Source of the DNA: Pseudomonadota bacterium | GTDB lineage: Bacteria; Bdellovibrionota; Bdellovibrionia; Bdellovibrionales; SG-bin7 | Assembly: GCA_034439715.1 (NCBI GenBank) | Contig: JAWXAY010000061.1 | Span: forward strand, 1-34,236 | Direction: 5' to 3' | Length of the DNA: 34,236 nucleotides | Part shown: in pieces, positions 21,365-31,722 of the stretch | How positions within the stretch are numbered: position 1 is the stretch's first letter | Layout: every line of letters starts with the position of its first letter | Translations under genes and position numbers: made by a program | Notes under the pieces: model-generated | The model's database searches: none | What the model was told of the DNA's origin: nothing | The model's input: only the letters and a program-made list of their open reading frames with translations

Positions 21365-21366
21365 GA

Positions 21367-22194
21367 ATGGGAATTAAGGCGTTTAAACCGTTTACTGCTG
21401 GTCGTCGTGGAATGACAGGTTTTGATTTTTCAGAAATCACCAAAGATACTCCCGAAAAATCTTTAACAACGAAATTAAACAAAAGTTCTGGACGTAATAA
21501 TCATGGACAGATTTCCGTGCGCCATAGGGGGCAAGGGCATAAGCGACGCTACCGCTTGATAGATTTTAAACGGGACAAGCTCGACGTTCCATCTAAAGTA
21601 GTAGCAATTGAATATGATCCTAATCGCACATCTCGAATTGCTTTACTGCACTACAGTGATGGCGAGAAACGATATATTCTCGCGCCAATCGGTCTGAGCG
21701 TTGGCGACACTGTCGTCGCAGGACCTAAAGCAGACATCAAACCTGGAAACGCCCTGCGATTAATGGACATGCCTGTTGGAATTCAAATTCATAACATTGA
21801 GATGCGACCTGGCAAAGGTGCGCAGCTTGTTCGAGGAGCTGGTGGTTCGGCTACTTTGCTTGGCAAGGTTGGAGTTTACTGTCAGATTAAACTTTCTTCT
21901 GGCGAAGTAAGACAAATTTTAGGCAGCTGTATGGCCACGGTGGGTCAGGTTGGTAATACTGATAATAACATTATAAATTGGGGTAAAGCAGGCCGTTCAA
22001 GATGGAAAGGTATAAAGCCGACCGTTCGAGGAATGGCAATGAATCCAGTTGATCATCCACTTGGTGGTGGTGAGGGCGTGGGTAAAGGGCATCACCCTGT
22101 TAGTCCATGGGGTCAGCCGTGCAAGGGTTATAAAACAAGACATAACAAACGTACGGACTCTATGATTATCCGTCGTCGTAATTCTAAAGGTTAA
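21367..22194 (+). CDS. rplB: 50S ribosomal protein L2
   Basis: [29 protein letters not shown]. Confidence 0.99.
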   Translation: MGIKAFKPFTAGRRGMTGFDFSEITKDTPEKSLTTKLNKSSGRNNHGQISVRHRGQGHKRRYRLIDFKRDKLDVPSKVVAIEYDPNRTSRIALLHYSDGEKRYILAPIGLSVGDTVVAGPKADIKPGNALRLMDMPVGIQIHNIEMRPGKGAQLVRGAGGSATLLGKVGVYCQIKLSSGEVRQILGSCMATVGQVGNTDNNIINWGKAGRSRWKGIKPTVRGMAMNPVDHPLGGGEGVGKGHHPVSPWGQPCKGYKTRHNKRTDSMIIRRRNSKG

Positions 22195-22206
22195 TAGGAG
22201 TTAAAT

Positions 22207-22509
22207 GTGGGACGTTCGGTAAAAAAAGGGCCATTTATAGATGGACACTTGATGAAGAAAGTCGATAAAGCCGTTGAAACAGGTGATCGAAAAGTAATCA
22301 AGACATGGTCAAGGAGATCTACTGTAATTCCAGAATTTGTGGGATTAACGTTTGCTGTCCACAACGGTAAAAAGTTTATTCCCGTATATGTATCTGAAAA
22401 CATGATAGGTCATAAATTGGGTGAGTTCGCACCCACCAGAACGTTTACTGGTCATTCTGGAAATAGGGCTAAGGAAGCTGAAAAATCGGCTCCAGCAGCA
22501 AAAAGTTAA
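22207..22509 (+). CDS. rpsS: 30S ribosomal protein S19
   Basis: [26 protein letters not shown]. Confidence 0.99.
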   Translation: MGRSVKKGPFIDGHLMKKVDKAVETGDRKVIKTWSRRSTVIPEFVGLTFAVHNGKKFIPVYVSENMIGHKLGEFAPTRTFTGHSGNRAKEAEKSAPAAKS

Positions 22510-22518
22510 GGTGAAAAA

Positions 22519-22851
22519 ATGGAAGTAAAAGCAAAGTCTAGATTTTCAAGAATTAGCCCACGTAAAGCTAGACTTGTCGTTAATTTGATTCGTGGAAAAG
22601 ACGTGAATGAAGCACTTCGTGCCTTGACGTTTTTGGATAAAAAGGCTGCGATTATGGTAAAAAAACTAGTGCAGTCCGCGGTGGCAAATGCAGAGCAAAA
22701 ACAGGTCATAGATGTCGATAATCTTTATGTAAAGCATATATCAGTGGATATGGGTCCAGCTGTTCATCGATTTCGGCCAGCAGCTCAAGGCAGGGCGCAA
22801 CCCATTCGTAAGAGGATTAGTCATTTTAATTTAGTATTGGATGAGAGGTAA
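22519..22851 (+). CDS. rplV: 50S ribosomal protein L22
   Basis: [24 protein letters not shown]. Confidence 0.98.
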   Translation: MEVKAKSRFSRISPRKARLVVNLIRGKDVNEALRALTFLDKKAAIMVKKLVQSAVANAEQKQVIDVDNLYVKHISVDMGPAVHRFRPAAQGRAQPIRKRISHFNLVLDER

Positions 22852-22853
22852 TT

Positions 22854-23534
22854 GTGGGTCAAAAGGTTAATCCGGTTGGTTTTAGGCTTGGAGTTATTAG
22901 AACGTGGGATTCGCGCTGGTACGCGAAGGGCAAGAATTATGCAATTAATCTCCATGAAGATTTTAAGTTAAGAAAATATCTAAAGACCAGATTGAAGCAT
23001 GCTGCCGTAGGTAAAATTGAGATTGAGCGAGCCGCCAATAAAGTTAGAATTATTGTTTCTACGGCTAAACCTGGAGTAGTAATTGGCAAGGGTGGGACTG
23101 GAATAGACACACTCAAAGCGGATGTCCAGAAGCTAACAACAAATGAGATATTTTTGAATGTTCAAGAAATTCGAAAACCCGATATTGATGCGCAATTGGT
23201 TGCAGAAAATATCGCACTTCAACTTGAAAAACGCGTGTCTTGGCGTCGGGCTTTAAAAAAGGCACTTGCTGCTGGTATCAAGGGCGGCGTACGAGGAATA
23301 AAAGTTCGTGTGTCTGGTCGTCTTGATGGTGCCGAAATTGCTAGATCAGAGTGGTATAATGAAAAGAGTGTTCCACTCCATACATTGCGTGCAGATATTG
23401 ATTATGGAACCGCGGAGGCTTTGACTACGTATGGATTAATTGGTGTTAAGGCTTGGATATATCGCGGAGATATTCTTTCTAAAAGAGAGCTTGAGGAGGC
23501 GACGCGTGCTAAGTCCAAAGAAAGTCAAGTATAG
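22854..23534 (+). CDS. rpsC: 30S ribosomal protein S3
   Basis: [37 protein letters not shown]. Confidence 0.99.
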   Translation: MGQKVNPVGFRLGVIRTWDSRWYAKGKNYAINLHEDFKLRKYLKTRLKHAAVGKIEIERAANKVRIIVSTAKPGVVIGKGGTGIDTLKADVQKLTTNEIFLNVQEIRKPDIDAQLVAENIALQLEKRVSWRRALKKALAAGIKGGVRGIKVRVSGRLDGAEIARSEWYNEKSVPLHTLRADIDYGTAEALTTYGLIGVKAWIYRGDILSKRELEEATRAKSKESQV

Positions 23535-23913
23535 GAAGGTAATGAAGGGCCACCGCTGTGGTCTTGCTAGCCGTGGAAGCAATATCAGCTTTGGCGATTT
23601 CGCCTTGCAGGCAGTAACTGATGGGTGGCTTACAGCTAGGCAGTTGGAAGCTTGTCGTGTGGCGATTAGTCGAAGCATTAAGCGCGGCGGTAAAGTTTGG
23701 TGTCGCGTGTATCCGGATAAGCCAATTACTAAAAAGGCTGCGGAAACACGAATGGGTTCTGGTAAGGGTAATCCAGAGTACTGGGTATCAGTTATAAAGC
23801 CTGGACGAATTTTATTTGAGATGAATGGTGTGACGAGAGAAGTGGCAGAGGGTGCTTTTCGTTTAGCGGCCTACAAGCTTCCAGTGAGAACGAAATTTTT
23901 GGTGCGTGAATAA
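23506..23913 (+). CDS. rplP: 50S ribosomal protein L16
   Basis: [11 protein letters not shown] from GTG 23506 after [19 protein letters not shown]; the ORF-track start at 23440 is too early. Confidence 0.98.
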   Translation: MLSPKKVKYRKVMKGHRCGLASRGSNISFGDFALQAVTDGWLTARQLEACRVAISRSIKRGGKVWCRVYPDKPITKKAAETRMGSGKGNPEYWVSVIKPGRILFEMNGVTREVAEGAFRLAAYKLPVRTKFLVRE

Positions 23914-23925
23914 AAGGAAAGTCTT

Positions 23926-24144
23926 ATGAAGTTTAAAGATGTTGTTGGCTTAACAATTAGCGATTTACGGAAACAGGTTCAAGAAACCCGCGAAGAGCTG
24001 TTCAATATGAAGATGAAAAATATTATGGGACAGCAGGTAACAAATCCATTAAAGGTACGCATGCTGAGGCGTGACATTGCTAAGCTTTTAACGGCTATCG
24101 GCCAAAAAGCGGTCTCCGAAAAAACAGAAGTGAGGGTTAAATAA
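23926..24144 (+). CDS. rpmC: 50S ribosomal protein L29
   Basis: REELFNMK, NPLKVRMLRRDIAKLLT; position after rplP. Confidence 0.95.
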   Translation: MKFKDVVGLTISDLRKQVQETREELFNMKMKNIMGQQVTNPLKVRMLRRDIAKLLTAIGQKAVSEKTEVRVK

Positions 24145-24458
24145 TGGCTGAGCCGAAAAAGAAAACTACAGTCAAAGCGGTTAAAGTAGTCACTCGAAAA
24201 TCTCCGATGGAAGTTGTAGGTGTTGTTACTAAGAGTCAAATGGACAAAACGATAGCCGTTGAGGCCTACCGTTTAGAGCGTCATGCTAAATATGGAAAGT
24301 ATTTAAGCAAAAGTTCTACCTACAAAGCTCACGACGAAAAAAATGAGGCCAAGGTTGGAGACAAAGTTAGAATTTTTGAGTCCCGTCCCATCAGTAAGTC
24401 AAAGTATTGGCGACTGGGTGGTGTGATAGAGGCGGCGATAAAGGGAAAAGAAAAATGA
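24144..24458 (+). CDS. rpsQ: 30S ribosomal protein S17
   Basis: [39 protein letters not shown]. Confidence 0.97.
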   Translation: MAEPKKKTTVKAVKVVTRKSPMEVVGVVTKSQMDKTIAVEAYRLERHAKYGKYLSKSSTYKAHDEKNEAKVGDKVRIFESRPISKSKYWRLGGVIEAAIKGKEK

Positions 24459-24823
24459 TTCAGATGCAAACTCGGCTCAATGTCGCCGATAATTCCGGAG
24501 CTAAAGAGGTTATGTGCGTAAAGGTTCTCGGTGGATCTAAACGAAGATACGCCTCAGTGGGAGATGTAATAGTTGTCTCAATTAAGGAAGCTCTGCCGAA
24601 TTCCAAAGTAAAAAAAGGGGCAGTTTCGCGAGCGGTCGTGGTGAGGACTAAACATAAGATTCGAAGGGCTGACGGAAGCTATATTCGTTTCGATGAAAAC
24701 GCCGCAGTATTAATTAGTCTTCAAAAAGAGCCAATTGGCACCCGAATATTTGGTCCCGTAGCTCGTGAATTAAGAGCTAAACAGTTTGTTAAGATTGTAT
24801 CGTTAGCACCAGAAGTGCTGTAG
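24455..24823 (+). CDS. rplN: 50S ribosomal protein L14
   Basis: [16 protein letters not shown] from ATG 24455 (ATGA overlap); [19 protein letters not shown]. Confidence 0.99.
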   Translation: MIQMQTRLNVADNSGAKEVMCVKVLGGSKRRYASVGDVIVVSIKEALPNSKVKKGAVSRAVVVRTKHKIRRADGSYIRFDENAAVLISLQKEPIGTRIFGPVARELRAKQFVKIVSLAPEVL

Positions 24824-24831
24824 GAGAAATT

Positions 24832-25374
24832 GTGGAACGCTTAAAAATAGAGTATCAAAATAAAATTGTACCGGCTTTAACGAAGCAATTGAATATGAAA
24901 TCTCGAATGCAGGTCCCTCGTTTGGACAAAATTATTCTAAGTATGTGTATGAAAGATGCTACAACAAATCCAAAATTATTGACTACCGCAGCAGAGGAAC
25001 TTACGGCCATAGGTGCCCAGCGAGCTGTTATAACAAAAGCAAAAAAATCTATTTCTAACTTTAAGCTTCGCGAAGGAATGCCGATTGGAGCTCGTTCCAC
25101 TTTACGTGGCGATAGAATGTGGACGTTTTTAGAGCGACTAATTAATATCGCTATACCAAGGGTGAGAGATTTTCGTGGTTTGCCAAACCGAGGGTTTGAT
25201 GGGCACGGAAACTATAATATGGGATTAAAGGAACAAATAGTTTTTCCAGAAGTTAATTTCGAAAAGGTTGAAAAGGTGCAAGGTATGAATATTACTTTTT
25301 GCACTAATGCTGTAAGTGATGCTCATGGGAGAGCTTTACTTGAGGCGCTTGGGTTACCATTTAGAAAAAATTAA
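24832..25374 (+). CDS. rplE: 50S ribosomal protein L5
   Basis: [35 protein letters not shown]. Confidence 0.99.
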   Translation: MERLKIEYQNKIVPALTKQLNMKSRMQVPRLDKIILSMCMKDATTNPKLLTTAAEELTAIGAQRAVITKAKKSISNFKLREGMPIGARSTLRGDRMWTFLERLINIAIPRVRDFRGLPNRGFDGHGNYNMGLKEQIVFPEVNFEKVEKVQGMNITFCTNAVSDAHGRALLEALGLPFRKN

Positions 25375-25386
25375 AAGGGGTAGATT

Positions 25387-25572
25387 GTGGCAAGAAGGGC
25401 AATGGTTGTTAAGGCAGAAAAAAAGCCAAAGTTTAGCACGCGTCAGGTTACTAGATGTAAGCTTTGCGGTAGAGTACGTGGAGTCCTTAGAAAATTTCAA
25501 ATGTGTCGATTGTGCTTTAGGCAGCATGCCCTTCGAGGGTTGGTTCCTGGTGTGACTAAGGCAAGTTGGTAG
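25387..25572 (+). CDS. rpsN: 30S ribosomal protein S14, type Z (Zn-binding, 61 aa)
   Basis: RCKLCGR...MCRLCFR...PGVTKASW. Confidence 0.98.
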   Translation: MARRAMVVKAEKKPKFSTRQVTRCKLCGRVRGVLRKFQMCRLCFRQHALRGLVPGVTKASW

Positions 25573-25580
25573 GGGGATAA

Positions 25581-25970
25581 ATGGATGTGTTAGCAGAGTT
25601 GTTTACAAGAATTCGTAATGCGGGCAAGGCCCAGCACGAGAAAGTAGACATTCCAAGTTCAAAGCTTAAGGCGGGCGTGGTTGAGGTCCTCAAGAGTTTT
25701 GGATTTATTAAAGATTTTAGAGTTGTAAAAGTCGGTTCTAAAAGCATGATGAGAGTTTACTTGCGCTATTTAGAAAGTGGTGAGCATGCCGTCACCCAAA
25801 TTCGTAGAGTGAGTCGGCCCGGACTGCGTGTCTATGTGGGCTCTGGTGATATTCCAAAGGTTCGACAGGGGTATGGGGTCTCGATTTTAAGTACGAATCA
25901 AGGAATCATCAGTAGCAAGGACGCCCGCGATAAAAAACTCGGCGGTGAACTTCTTTGTCAGGTCTGGTAA
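25581..25970 (+). CDS. rpsH: 30S ribosomal protein S8
   Basis: TRIRNA, RVSRPGLRVY, ILSTNQG, GGELLCQVW. Confidence 0.98.
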   Translation: MDVLAELFTRIRNAGKAQHEKVDIPSSKLKAGVVEVLKSFGFIKDFRVVKVGSKSMMRVYLRYLESGEHAVTQIRRVSRPGLRVYVGSGDIPKVRQGYGVSILSTNQGIISSKDARDKKLGGELLCQVW

Positions 25971-25984
25971 ATAGGTAGGAAAAT

Positions 25985-26527
25985 ATGTCAAGAATTGGTA
26001 AGTTGCCCGTAAAATTCGATAGTAAAGTTCAAATTAACATTACTCCCAGTAATGAAGTGGTAGTTAAAGGCCAAAAGGGTGTGATGACGATAAAAATGCG
26101 CAAAGAAGTTTCGGCTAAAATTGAAGGTAGCGAACTAAACCTTCTTTGTAATGATGGGGAAGATCAAACGCGAGCCTATCAGGGCATGTACAGATCTCTA
26201 ATAAATAACGCTGTTATTGGTTTGACTACAGGGTACGCCAAAAAATTAGAGATTAACGGAGTAGGTTATCGTGCGGCGGTTTCAGGAAAGCAGTTGGAAT
26301 TAACGGTAGGATACAGTCACCCTGTAAAGATAGATATTCCTTTGGGTCTTGACGTGAAAGTTGACAAGCAGACTAACATATTAATTGATGGCTTTAACAA
26401 AGAGCTAGTTGGTCAATTCGCAGCAAAAGTTAGAAGCTGGAAAGAGCCCGAGCCGTATTTAGGTAAGGGTATCAAATATAGCGACGAAGTTATTCGAAGA
26501 AAAGCTGGAAAAACAGCGGCTAAGTAA
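25985..26527 (+). CDS. rplF: 50S ribosomal protein L6
   Basis: MSRIGKLP, GVGYRA, GYSHP, PEPYLGKGIKY. Confidence 0.99.
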   Translation: MSRIGKLPVKFDSKVQINITPSNEVVVKGQKGVMTIKMRKEVSAKIEGSELNLLCNDGEDQTRAYQGMYRSLINNAVIGLTTGYAKKLEINGVGYRAAVSGKQLELTVGYSHPVKIDIPLGLDVKVDKQTNILIDGFNKELVGQFAAKVRSWKEPEPYLGKGIKYSDEVIRRKAGKTAAK

Positions 26528-26539
26528 GAGGGGATTTTT

Positions 26540-26923
26540 GTGAAACCAAATTATAGACGTAAAACAGATAAAAGTGTTGTTGGGCGAAAAAAGAGACACT
26601 TGCGTATCCGAAAGACAATAAAAGGAACAGAAGCGCGCCCTCGGTTGGTTGTCTTTCGAAGTCTAAGCCATATCTACGCACAAGTGGTAGATGATGCACT
26701 TGGAGTTACTCTAGCAGAAGCATCAAGCCTTAAAGGCGAAAAATCCGGCGAGCTTAAGGGTAAGAATGGTAAAGATGTTGCTAAATATGTCGGGGCGGAG
26801 TTAGCAAAACGTGCATTGGCAAAGAGCGTAAAAAATGTCGTTTTTGATCGAAATGGTTATGCTTATCATGGTCGAGTGCAAGCTCTTGCAGATGCTGCGA
26901 GAGAAGCGGGATTAAACTTCTAG
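26540..26923 (+). CDS. rplR: 50S ribosomal protein L18
   Basis: [32 protein letters not shown]. Confidence 0.98.
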   Translation: MKPNYRRKTDKSVVGRKKRHLRIRKTIKGTEARPRLVVFRSLSHIYAQVVDDALGVTLAEASSLKGEKSGELKGKNGKDVAKYVGAELAKRALAKSVKNVVFDRNGYAYHGRVQALADAAREAGLNF

Positions 26924-26933
26924 GAGGAGTACG

Positions 26934-27401
26934 TTGGAAAAGAGTCCAATTGAGTTTGAAGAGCGAGTTGTGGCTATTAAGCGAGTAGCAAAAGTGGTAA
27001 AAGGCGGACGCCGATTTTCCTTTGCTGCGCTTGTTGTTGTGGGCAATAAAAATGGTGAGGTTGGTATTGGCTCCGGAAAAGCGGGCGAAGTTCCAGAAGC
27101 CATTGGTAAAGCCAGCCGAGCGGCAAAAAAAAACGTACGAGAATTTTCTCTTTTTGAAGATAGAACAATCGCCCATGAAGTTATAGGTTTGTTTGGAGCG
27201 GCAAAAGTATTTTTGCGTCCAGCTAGTGCTGGAACAGGCGTTATTGCCGGTGGTGCGGTCCGTGCAGTTTTAGAATCCTTGGGAATAAAAGATATTCTCA
27301 CTAAATGTGTGGGAACAACAAACCCCCATAATGCAGTGAGAGCCACATTACATGGTCTGAATCAGCTGAAAAAAGCAGGGTTACTTAACAAAATAGAATA
27401 G
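26934..27401 (+). CDS. rpsE: 30S ribosomal protein S5
   Basis: [29 protein letters not shown]. Confidence 0.99.
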   Translation: MEKSPIEFEERVVAIKRVAKVVKGGRRFSFAALVVVGNKNGEVGIGSGKAGEVPEAIGKASRAAKKNVREFSLFEDRTIAHEVIGLFGAAKVFLRPASAGTGVIAGGAVRAVLESLGIKDILTKCVGTTNPHNAVRATLHGLNQLKKAGLLNKIE

Positions 27402-27410
27402 GGTTATTTT

Positions 27411-27596
27411 ATGGCTAAGTCTTTTAATGTAAAGCTTAAAAAAAGCACAATTAGTTGTAATCAATCACAACGAAATACGGTGAGATGTCTAGGGCTGCGT
27501 GGAATTAACTCTGAAATAGTGGTTAAGGATACACCCGCTGCACGCGGGCAAATCATGAAAGTACAGCATCTTTTGGAAGTAAAAATTGTAAAATAG
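27411..27596 (+). CDS. rpmD: 50S ribosomal protein L30
   Basis: TVRCLGLR, DTPAARGQIMKVQHL; position. Confidence 0.95.
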   Translation: MAKSFNVKLKKSTISCNQSQRNTVRCLGLRGINSEIVVKDTPAARGQIMKVQHLLEVKIVK

Positions 27597-27629
27597 TTTT
27601 AGAATAAAAGTAAAGATGTGGAGTTAGAT

Positions 27630-28070
27630 ATGAGTCTATTGGCAGAATTAAAAATAAAAAAGGGTTCTACTCACCGTAAGAAACTTCTGGGCCGTGGATT
27701 TGGTTCAGGTCGAGGAGGAACTTCAGGTAAAGGTCACAAAGGACAGAAAGCCCGATCAGGCGGAAAGAACGTTAGAGGATTTGAGGGTGGACAAACTCCC
27801 ATGCATCGTCGTCTTCCAAAATTTGGATTCGTAAATATTTTTAGAGTTTCTTATGCAATCGTAAATATTGATCAACTAGAAAATCTGTCCAAAGAAGTCA
27901 CTCCAGAATCACTACGTGAATCGGGCATGGTGAAGTCTAGAAAACCTATAAAAGTATTGGGAAAAGGCAAGCTGACCAAAGTATTAACGGTTAAGGCTCA
28001 CAAATTTAGTGAATCAGCAAAAAAAGCGATTGAATCAGCTGGCGGCAAGGCTGAGGTACTAGAGCAGTGA
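27630..28070 (+). CDS. rplO: 50S ribosomal protein L15
   Basis: [35 protein letters not shown] 27630 (GTG 27618 possible). Confidence 0.98.
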   Translation: MSLLAELKIKKGSTHRKKLLGRGFGSGRGGTSGKGHKGQKARSGGKNVRGFEGGQTPMHRRLPKFGFVNIFRVSYAIVNIDQLENLSKEVTPESLRESGMVKSRKPIKVLGKGKLTKVLTVKAHKFSESAKKAIESAGGKAEVLEQ

Positions 28071-29392
28071 GTGTATTAGACGGCCTATCCAAAAGCGCAG
28101 AGTTAAAAAAGAGACTGATTTTTGTTGTAGCGATGATCGCCGTTTTTCGCTTGGGTTCGCATGTTCCAACTCCTGGCGTAGATGCCAGCGTAATGACGAG
28201 TTTTTTTGGGGATCAGGACAAGGGTAAAAACTTATTCGGATTTCTTAATACGTTTACAGGTGGGGCACTGAGCCGATTCAGCGTTTTCGCGCTTGGCATT
28301 ATGCCCTATATTACAAGCTCCATTATTATGTCGCTTTTACAAACAGTAGTTCCTTATTTTGAATCCTTGAAAAAAGAAGGCGAACCTGGTCGTAAAAAAT
28401 TAAATCAACTCACTAGGTATGGAACTGTCATTCTGGCATTTATTCAAGGCTATGGAATTAGCACTTTTATTCTCAATTCGGATTTCAACGGCCAACCACT
28501 AGTGGTGTCTCCTGAAGTTGGGTGGCTAGGGTTTAGGGCCATGACTATCTTAACTTTAACCGCAGGTACATGTTTTATCATGTGGCTGGGAGAGCAGATT
28601 AGCGAGCGCGGAATTGGTAACGGCGCAAGTTTGATAATTTTTGCGGGTATTGTTTCTGATATGCCAAGCGCTGTAATTGGCTTGGTTCAACAAATTTCCA
28701 CAAATGATAAGAGTGGCATTGAGGCTCTGGTTGTCCTCGTTATTATAGTCGCTGTCGTAGCTAGTATAATTTTTCTGGAAGTTTCTCAACGCCGAATTCC
28801 AGTGCAGTACTCCCAACGTGGGGGCGCAGGTGGAATGGCAGCCCAGCAAAATCACTTTTTGCCGATTAAAATTAATCCCTCTGGTGTCATCCCGCCAATT
28901 TTTGCTTCGAGTCTATTGATGTTTCCGGCTACCATGGCTCAATTTATAAGTTTGCCCTGGTTGATGCAAATGAAGGACTCAATTGCGCCCGGTGGGGCTA
29001 TGTATAATATTTTGTTTGTGGCACTTATATTCTTCTTTACATTTTTCTATACGGATATTGTATTCAATCCAGTTGATGTTTCAGATAATCTAAAAAAATA
29101 TGGTGGTTTTATCCCTGGAGTTAGGGCTGGCAAGAGTACTTCAGACTATATCCAGCGGGTCACTGAAAGAATAAACGTCGGTGGAGCTATATACTTAAGT
29201 GTTGTTTGCGTTTTGCCAACTATCTTAATTCAAAAACTCAATGTTCCGTTTTATTTTGGTGGAACCGGCCTGCTCATTGTGGTTGGGGTCGCCTTAGATA
29301 CTACGCAACAAATTTATTCCCATCTACTGTCATCGAAATATCAGGGACTTGTAAAAGGCGTTAAGCTTCGTGGTCGAAGGGTTCAGTTTTGA
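28067..29392 (+). CDS. secY: Preprotein translocase subunit SecY
   Basis: [44 protein letters not shown]; about 10 hydrophobic segments. Confidence 0.99.
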   Translation: MSVLDGLSKSAELKKRLIFVVAMIAVFRLGSHVPTPGVDASVMTSFFGDQDKGKNLFGFLNTFTGGALSRFSVFALGIMPYITSSIIMSLLQTVVPYFESLKKEGEPGRKKLNQLTRYGTVILAFIQGYGISTFILNSDFNGQPLVVSPEVGWLGFRAMTILTLTAGTCFIMWLGEQISERGIGNGASLIIFAGIVSDMPSAVIGLVQQISTNDKSGIEALVVLVIIVAVVASIIFLEVSQRRIPVQYSQRGGAGGMAAQQNHFLPIKINPSGVIPPIFASSLLMFPATMAQFISLPWLMQMKDSIAPGGAMYNILFVALIFFFTFFYTDIVFNPVDVSDNLKKYGGFIPGVRAGKSTSDYIQRVTERINVGGAIYLSVVCVLPTILIQKLNVPFYFGGTGLLIVVGVALDTTQQIYSHLLSSKYQGLVKGVKLRGRRVQF

Positions 29393-30030
29393 ACATTGTT
29401 CTGTTCGGTCCACCTGGGGCTGGAAAGGGCACGCAAGCTTCACTCTTGGTGCAACGTCTAGACATGTTTCAAATTAGCACCGGAGATCTTTTTAGAGAAA
29501 ATATTAAAAATAAAACCAATTTAGGATTGGAAGCCAAAGGTTTTTTAGATAATGGCGCATTAGTCCCTGACTCAGTAACAGTATCAATGGTCGAAAATGT
29601 ACTCGTTAACTTTAAAAGTAAAAAATTCATACTTGATGGTTTTCCAAGAAATTTAAATCAAGCGAATGTTCTTGAGCAGATGCTTGTAAAATTGAATCTT
29701 AAATTGGGAAAGGCCATTTTTTTAAAGGCACCTTATAACGCCTTGATGAGACGGTTAACGGGACGTAGAGTATGCAAAAACTGTGGCGCGGTATTTCACG
29801 TGGATTTTTCGCCTCCTAAAAAGGCAGGGATTTGTGATAAGTGTGGCCAGGCCACCCTATACCAGAGGGATGACGACAAAGAGTCAGTTATTGGGAACAG
29901 GCTTAAGACCTATGAGGAAAGCACATTGCCGTTAGTGGAATATTACCGTAAGACAGGGATCTATGGAGAAATCGACGGGACCGAGGATGTTGAAATAGTG
30001 TTTGAAAAAATAAGGCAATTAATTAGTTAA
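29389..30030 (+). CDS. adk: Adenylate kinase with Zn-binding LID
   Basis: GPPGAGKGT, ILDGFPR, CKNC...CDKC LID, QRDDD. Confidence 0.98.
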   Translation: MNIVLFGPPGAGKGTQASLLVQRLDMFQISTGDLFRENIKNKTNLGLEAKGFLDNGALVPDSVTVSMVENVLVNFKSKKFILDGFPRNLNQANVLEQMLVKLNLKLGKAIFLKAPYNALMRRLTGRRVCKNCGAVFHVDFSPPKKAGICDKCGQATLYQRDDDKESVIGNRLKTYEESTLPLVEYYRKTGIYGEIDGTEDVEIVFEKIRQLIS

Positions 30031-30047
30031 ATAAGCTAATGAAAAAC

Positions 30048-30077
30048 TAGACTGGGCGTTAAAGCCTATGTTAGGTT
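30048..30077 (+). promoter_or_regulatory. Candidate promoter for rpmJ and the alpha operon
   Basis: TAGACT(30048-53)-18 nt-TAGGTT(30072-77) with extended -10 TG at 30069-70. Confidence 0.4.
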
Positions 30078-30108
30078 ACTTTGCCATTATATCTTTTTGA
30101 GGTTGTTT

Positions 30109-30222
30109 ATGAAAGTTAGAACTTCTGTAAAAAAAATATGTAAGTTATGTAAAGTGATAAAGCGCAGAGGTGTTTTGCGTGTTATATGTAAAATTTCAAA
30201 ACACAAACAGAGACAGGGGTAG
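30109..30222 (+). CDS. rpmJ: 50S ribosomal protein L36, Zn-binding form, 37 aa (missing from ORF track)
   Basis: Manual translation [44 protein letters not shown]. Confidence 0.98.
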   Translation: MKVRTSVKKICKLCKVIKRRGVLRVICKISKHKQRQG

Positions 30223-30225
30223 TTA

Positions 30226-30606
30226 ATGGCACGTTTAGCCGGGGTAGACTTACCAAAGAATAAACGAGTGGAAATAGCATTAACATATATTTATGGCGTG
30301 GGTCGACCACGTGCGCGCCAGATTTGTAAAGAAGCTGGATTTTCAATAGCCCTTCGCACCGATAGCATGACAGATGCGGACGTCGCGAAGATTCGTGAGA
30401 TAATGGATTCTAATCAGTGGAAAGTAGAAGGCGACTTAAGACGTGAAGTGGGCGGAAATATAAAACGTCTTATGGATATCGGTTGTTTTAGGGGGCTTCG
30501 TCACAAAAAGGGTTTACCAGTTCGAGGCCAAAGGACTAAAACTAATGCCCGTACAAGGAAGGGCCCAAGGAAGACAATCGCCAATAAGAAAAAAGCGACA
30601 ATGTGA
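30226..30606 (+). CDS. rpsM: 30S ribosomal protein S13
   Basis: [36 protein letters not shown]. Confidence 0.99.
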   Translation: MARLAGVDLPKNKRVEIALTYIYGVGRPRARQICKEAGFSIALRTDSMTDADVAKIREIMDSNQWKVEGDLRREVGGNIKRLMDIGCFRGLRHKKGLPVRGQRTKTNARTRKGPRKTIANKKKATM

Positions 30607-30620
30607 TTAAGGGGTAGTTA

Positions 30621-31067
30621 ATGAGTGAAGCTACGGTAAAAGAAACGAAAGAAGCAAAAGAAACGAAGGAACCGACCGCAGAAGTTCCTGAGAAAAAAGC
30701 TAAGAAGAAAGCCAAAAAGACAGCTTTAAATGGCAACTGTCATGTATATGCTGGGTTTGGAAATACAGTCATTACCATTACAGATTTAAATGGTGATACC
30801 GTGTGTTGGTCGAGCGCTGGAGCTATGGGTTTTAAAGGGAGCCGAAAAGGAACACCTTTTGCGGCCCAAGTAACTGCAGAAGATGTTGCTCGTAAGGCAA
30901 ACGAAGTGGGACTGAAAACAATTAATGTTTATGTTGGTGGTCCAGGAGCTGGTCGAGAACCTGCAGTTAGAGCGTTGGCGAGTGCAGGATTGAGAATTAC
31001 CTCATTGCAAGATGTGACGCCAATTCCCCATAATGGTTGTCGTCCTCCAAAGAGAAGAAGAATTTAA
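30621..31067 (+). CDS. rpsK: 30S ribosomal protein S11 with N-terminal extension
   Basis: [38 protein letters not shown]. Confidence 0.98.
   Translation: MSEATVKETKEAKETKEPTAEVPEKKAKKKAKKTALNGNCHVYAGFGNTVITITDLNGDTVCWSSAGAMGFKGSRKGTPFAAQVTAEDVARKANEVGLKTINVYVGGPGAGREPAVRALASAGLRITSLQDVTPIPHNGCRPPKRRRI
30639..30674 (+). repeat. Four degenerate 9-nt tandem repeats in the 5' end of rpsK
   Basis: AAAGAAACG AAAGAAGCA AAAGAAACG AAGGAACCG = [12 protein letters not shown]. Confidence 0.7.
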
Positions 31068-31081
31068 GATAGGAGTAATTT

Positions 31082-31708
31082 GTGAGTTGTGTTGCGAATA
31101 GTGTTTGTAAGCTTTGCCGCCGAGAAAATGCAAAACTTTTCTTAAAGGGTGATCGTTGTTACACTGATAAATGTGCATTTGAGAGAAGACCTTACCCACC
31201 GGGGCAACATGGTCAGGCGCGATTGAAATTCAGCGAGTACGCGCTTCAGCTACGAGAGAAGCAGAAAGTTAAACGCTATTATGGCGTTCATGAGAGCCAA
31301 TTTCGGAGAGTCTTTGCGGTTGCGGTAAAAGAAAAGGGTGTAACCGGAACGCGTTTTCTTCAGCTGATGGAGGCAAGACTGGACAACGTGGTTTATGCCT
31401 TAGGCTATGCCGTCAGTCGTCGTGAAGGCCGGCAGATGGTTCGACACAATCATTTTATAGTAAATGGAAAACGAGTAAATATTCCGAGTTTCGTGGTTAA
31501 TAAGGGCGATGTTATTGAGGTTGCTGAAAAGTCACGTCAATCAACTCGAGTTTTAGCAGCCATCGAGTCATCTAAAAAAAGAGCCATTCCAGAGTGGCTT
31601 GAGGCAGATCACGCGACATTTAAAGGTACTGTGAAAGATTTGGCCGCAAGAGAGCAAATCAGTCTTGATATCCAAGAAAACAGTATCGTTGAGTATTATT
31701 CAAGGTAA
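31082..31708 (+). CDS. rpsD: 30S ribosomal protein S4, Zn-binding form
   Basis: CKLCRRE..LFLKGDRC...KC, PGQHG, SEYALQLREKQK, EARLDNVV, VEYYSR. Confidence 0.99.
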   Translation: MSCVANSVCKLCRRENAKLFLKGDRCYTDKCAFERRPYPPGQHGQARLKFSEYALQLREKQKVKRYYGVHESQFRRVFAVAVKEKGVTGTRFLQLMEARLDNVVYALGYAVSRREGRQMVRHNHFIVNGKRVNIPSFVVNKGDVIEVAEKSRQSTRVLAAIESSKKRAIPEWLEADHATFKGTVKDLAAREQISLDIQENSIVEYYSR

Positions 31709-31722
31709 TTTGGAGGAAAAAT

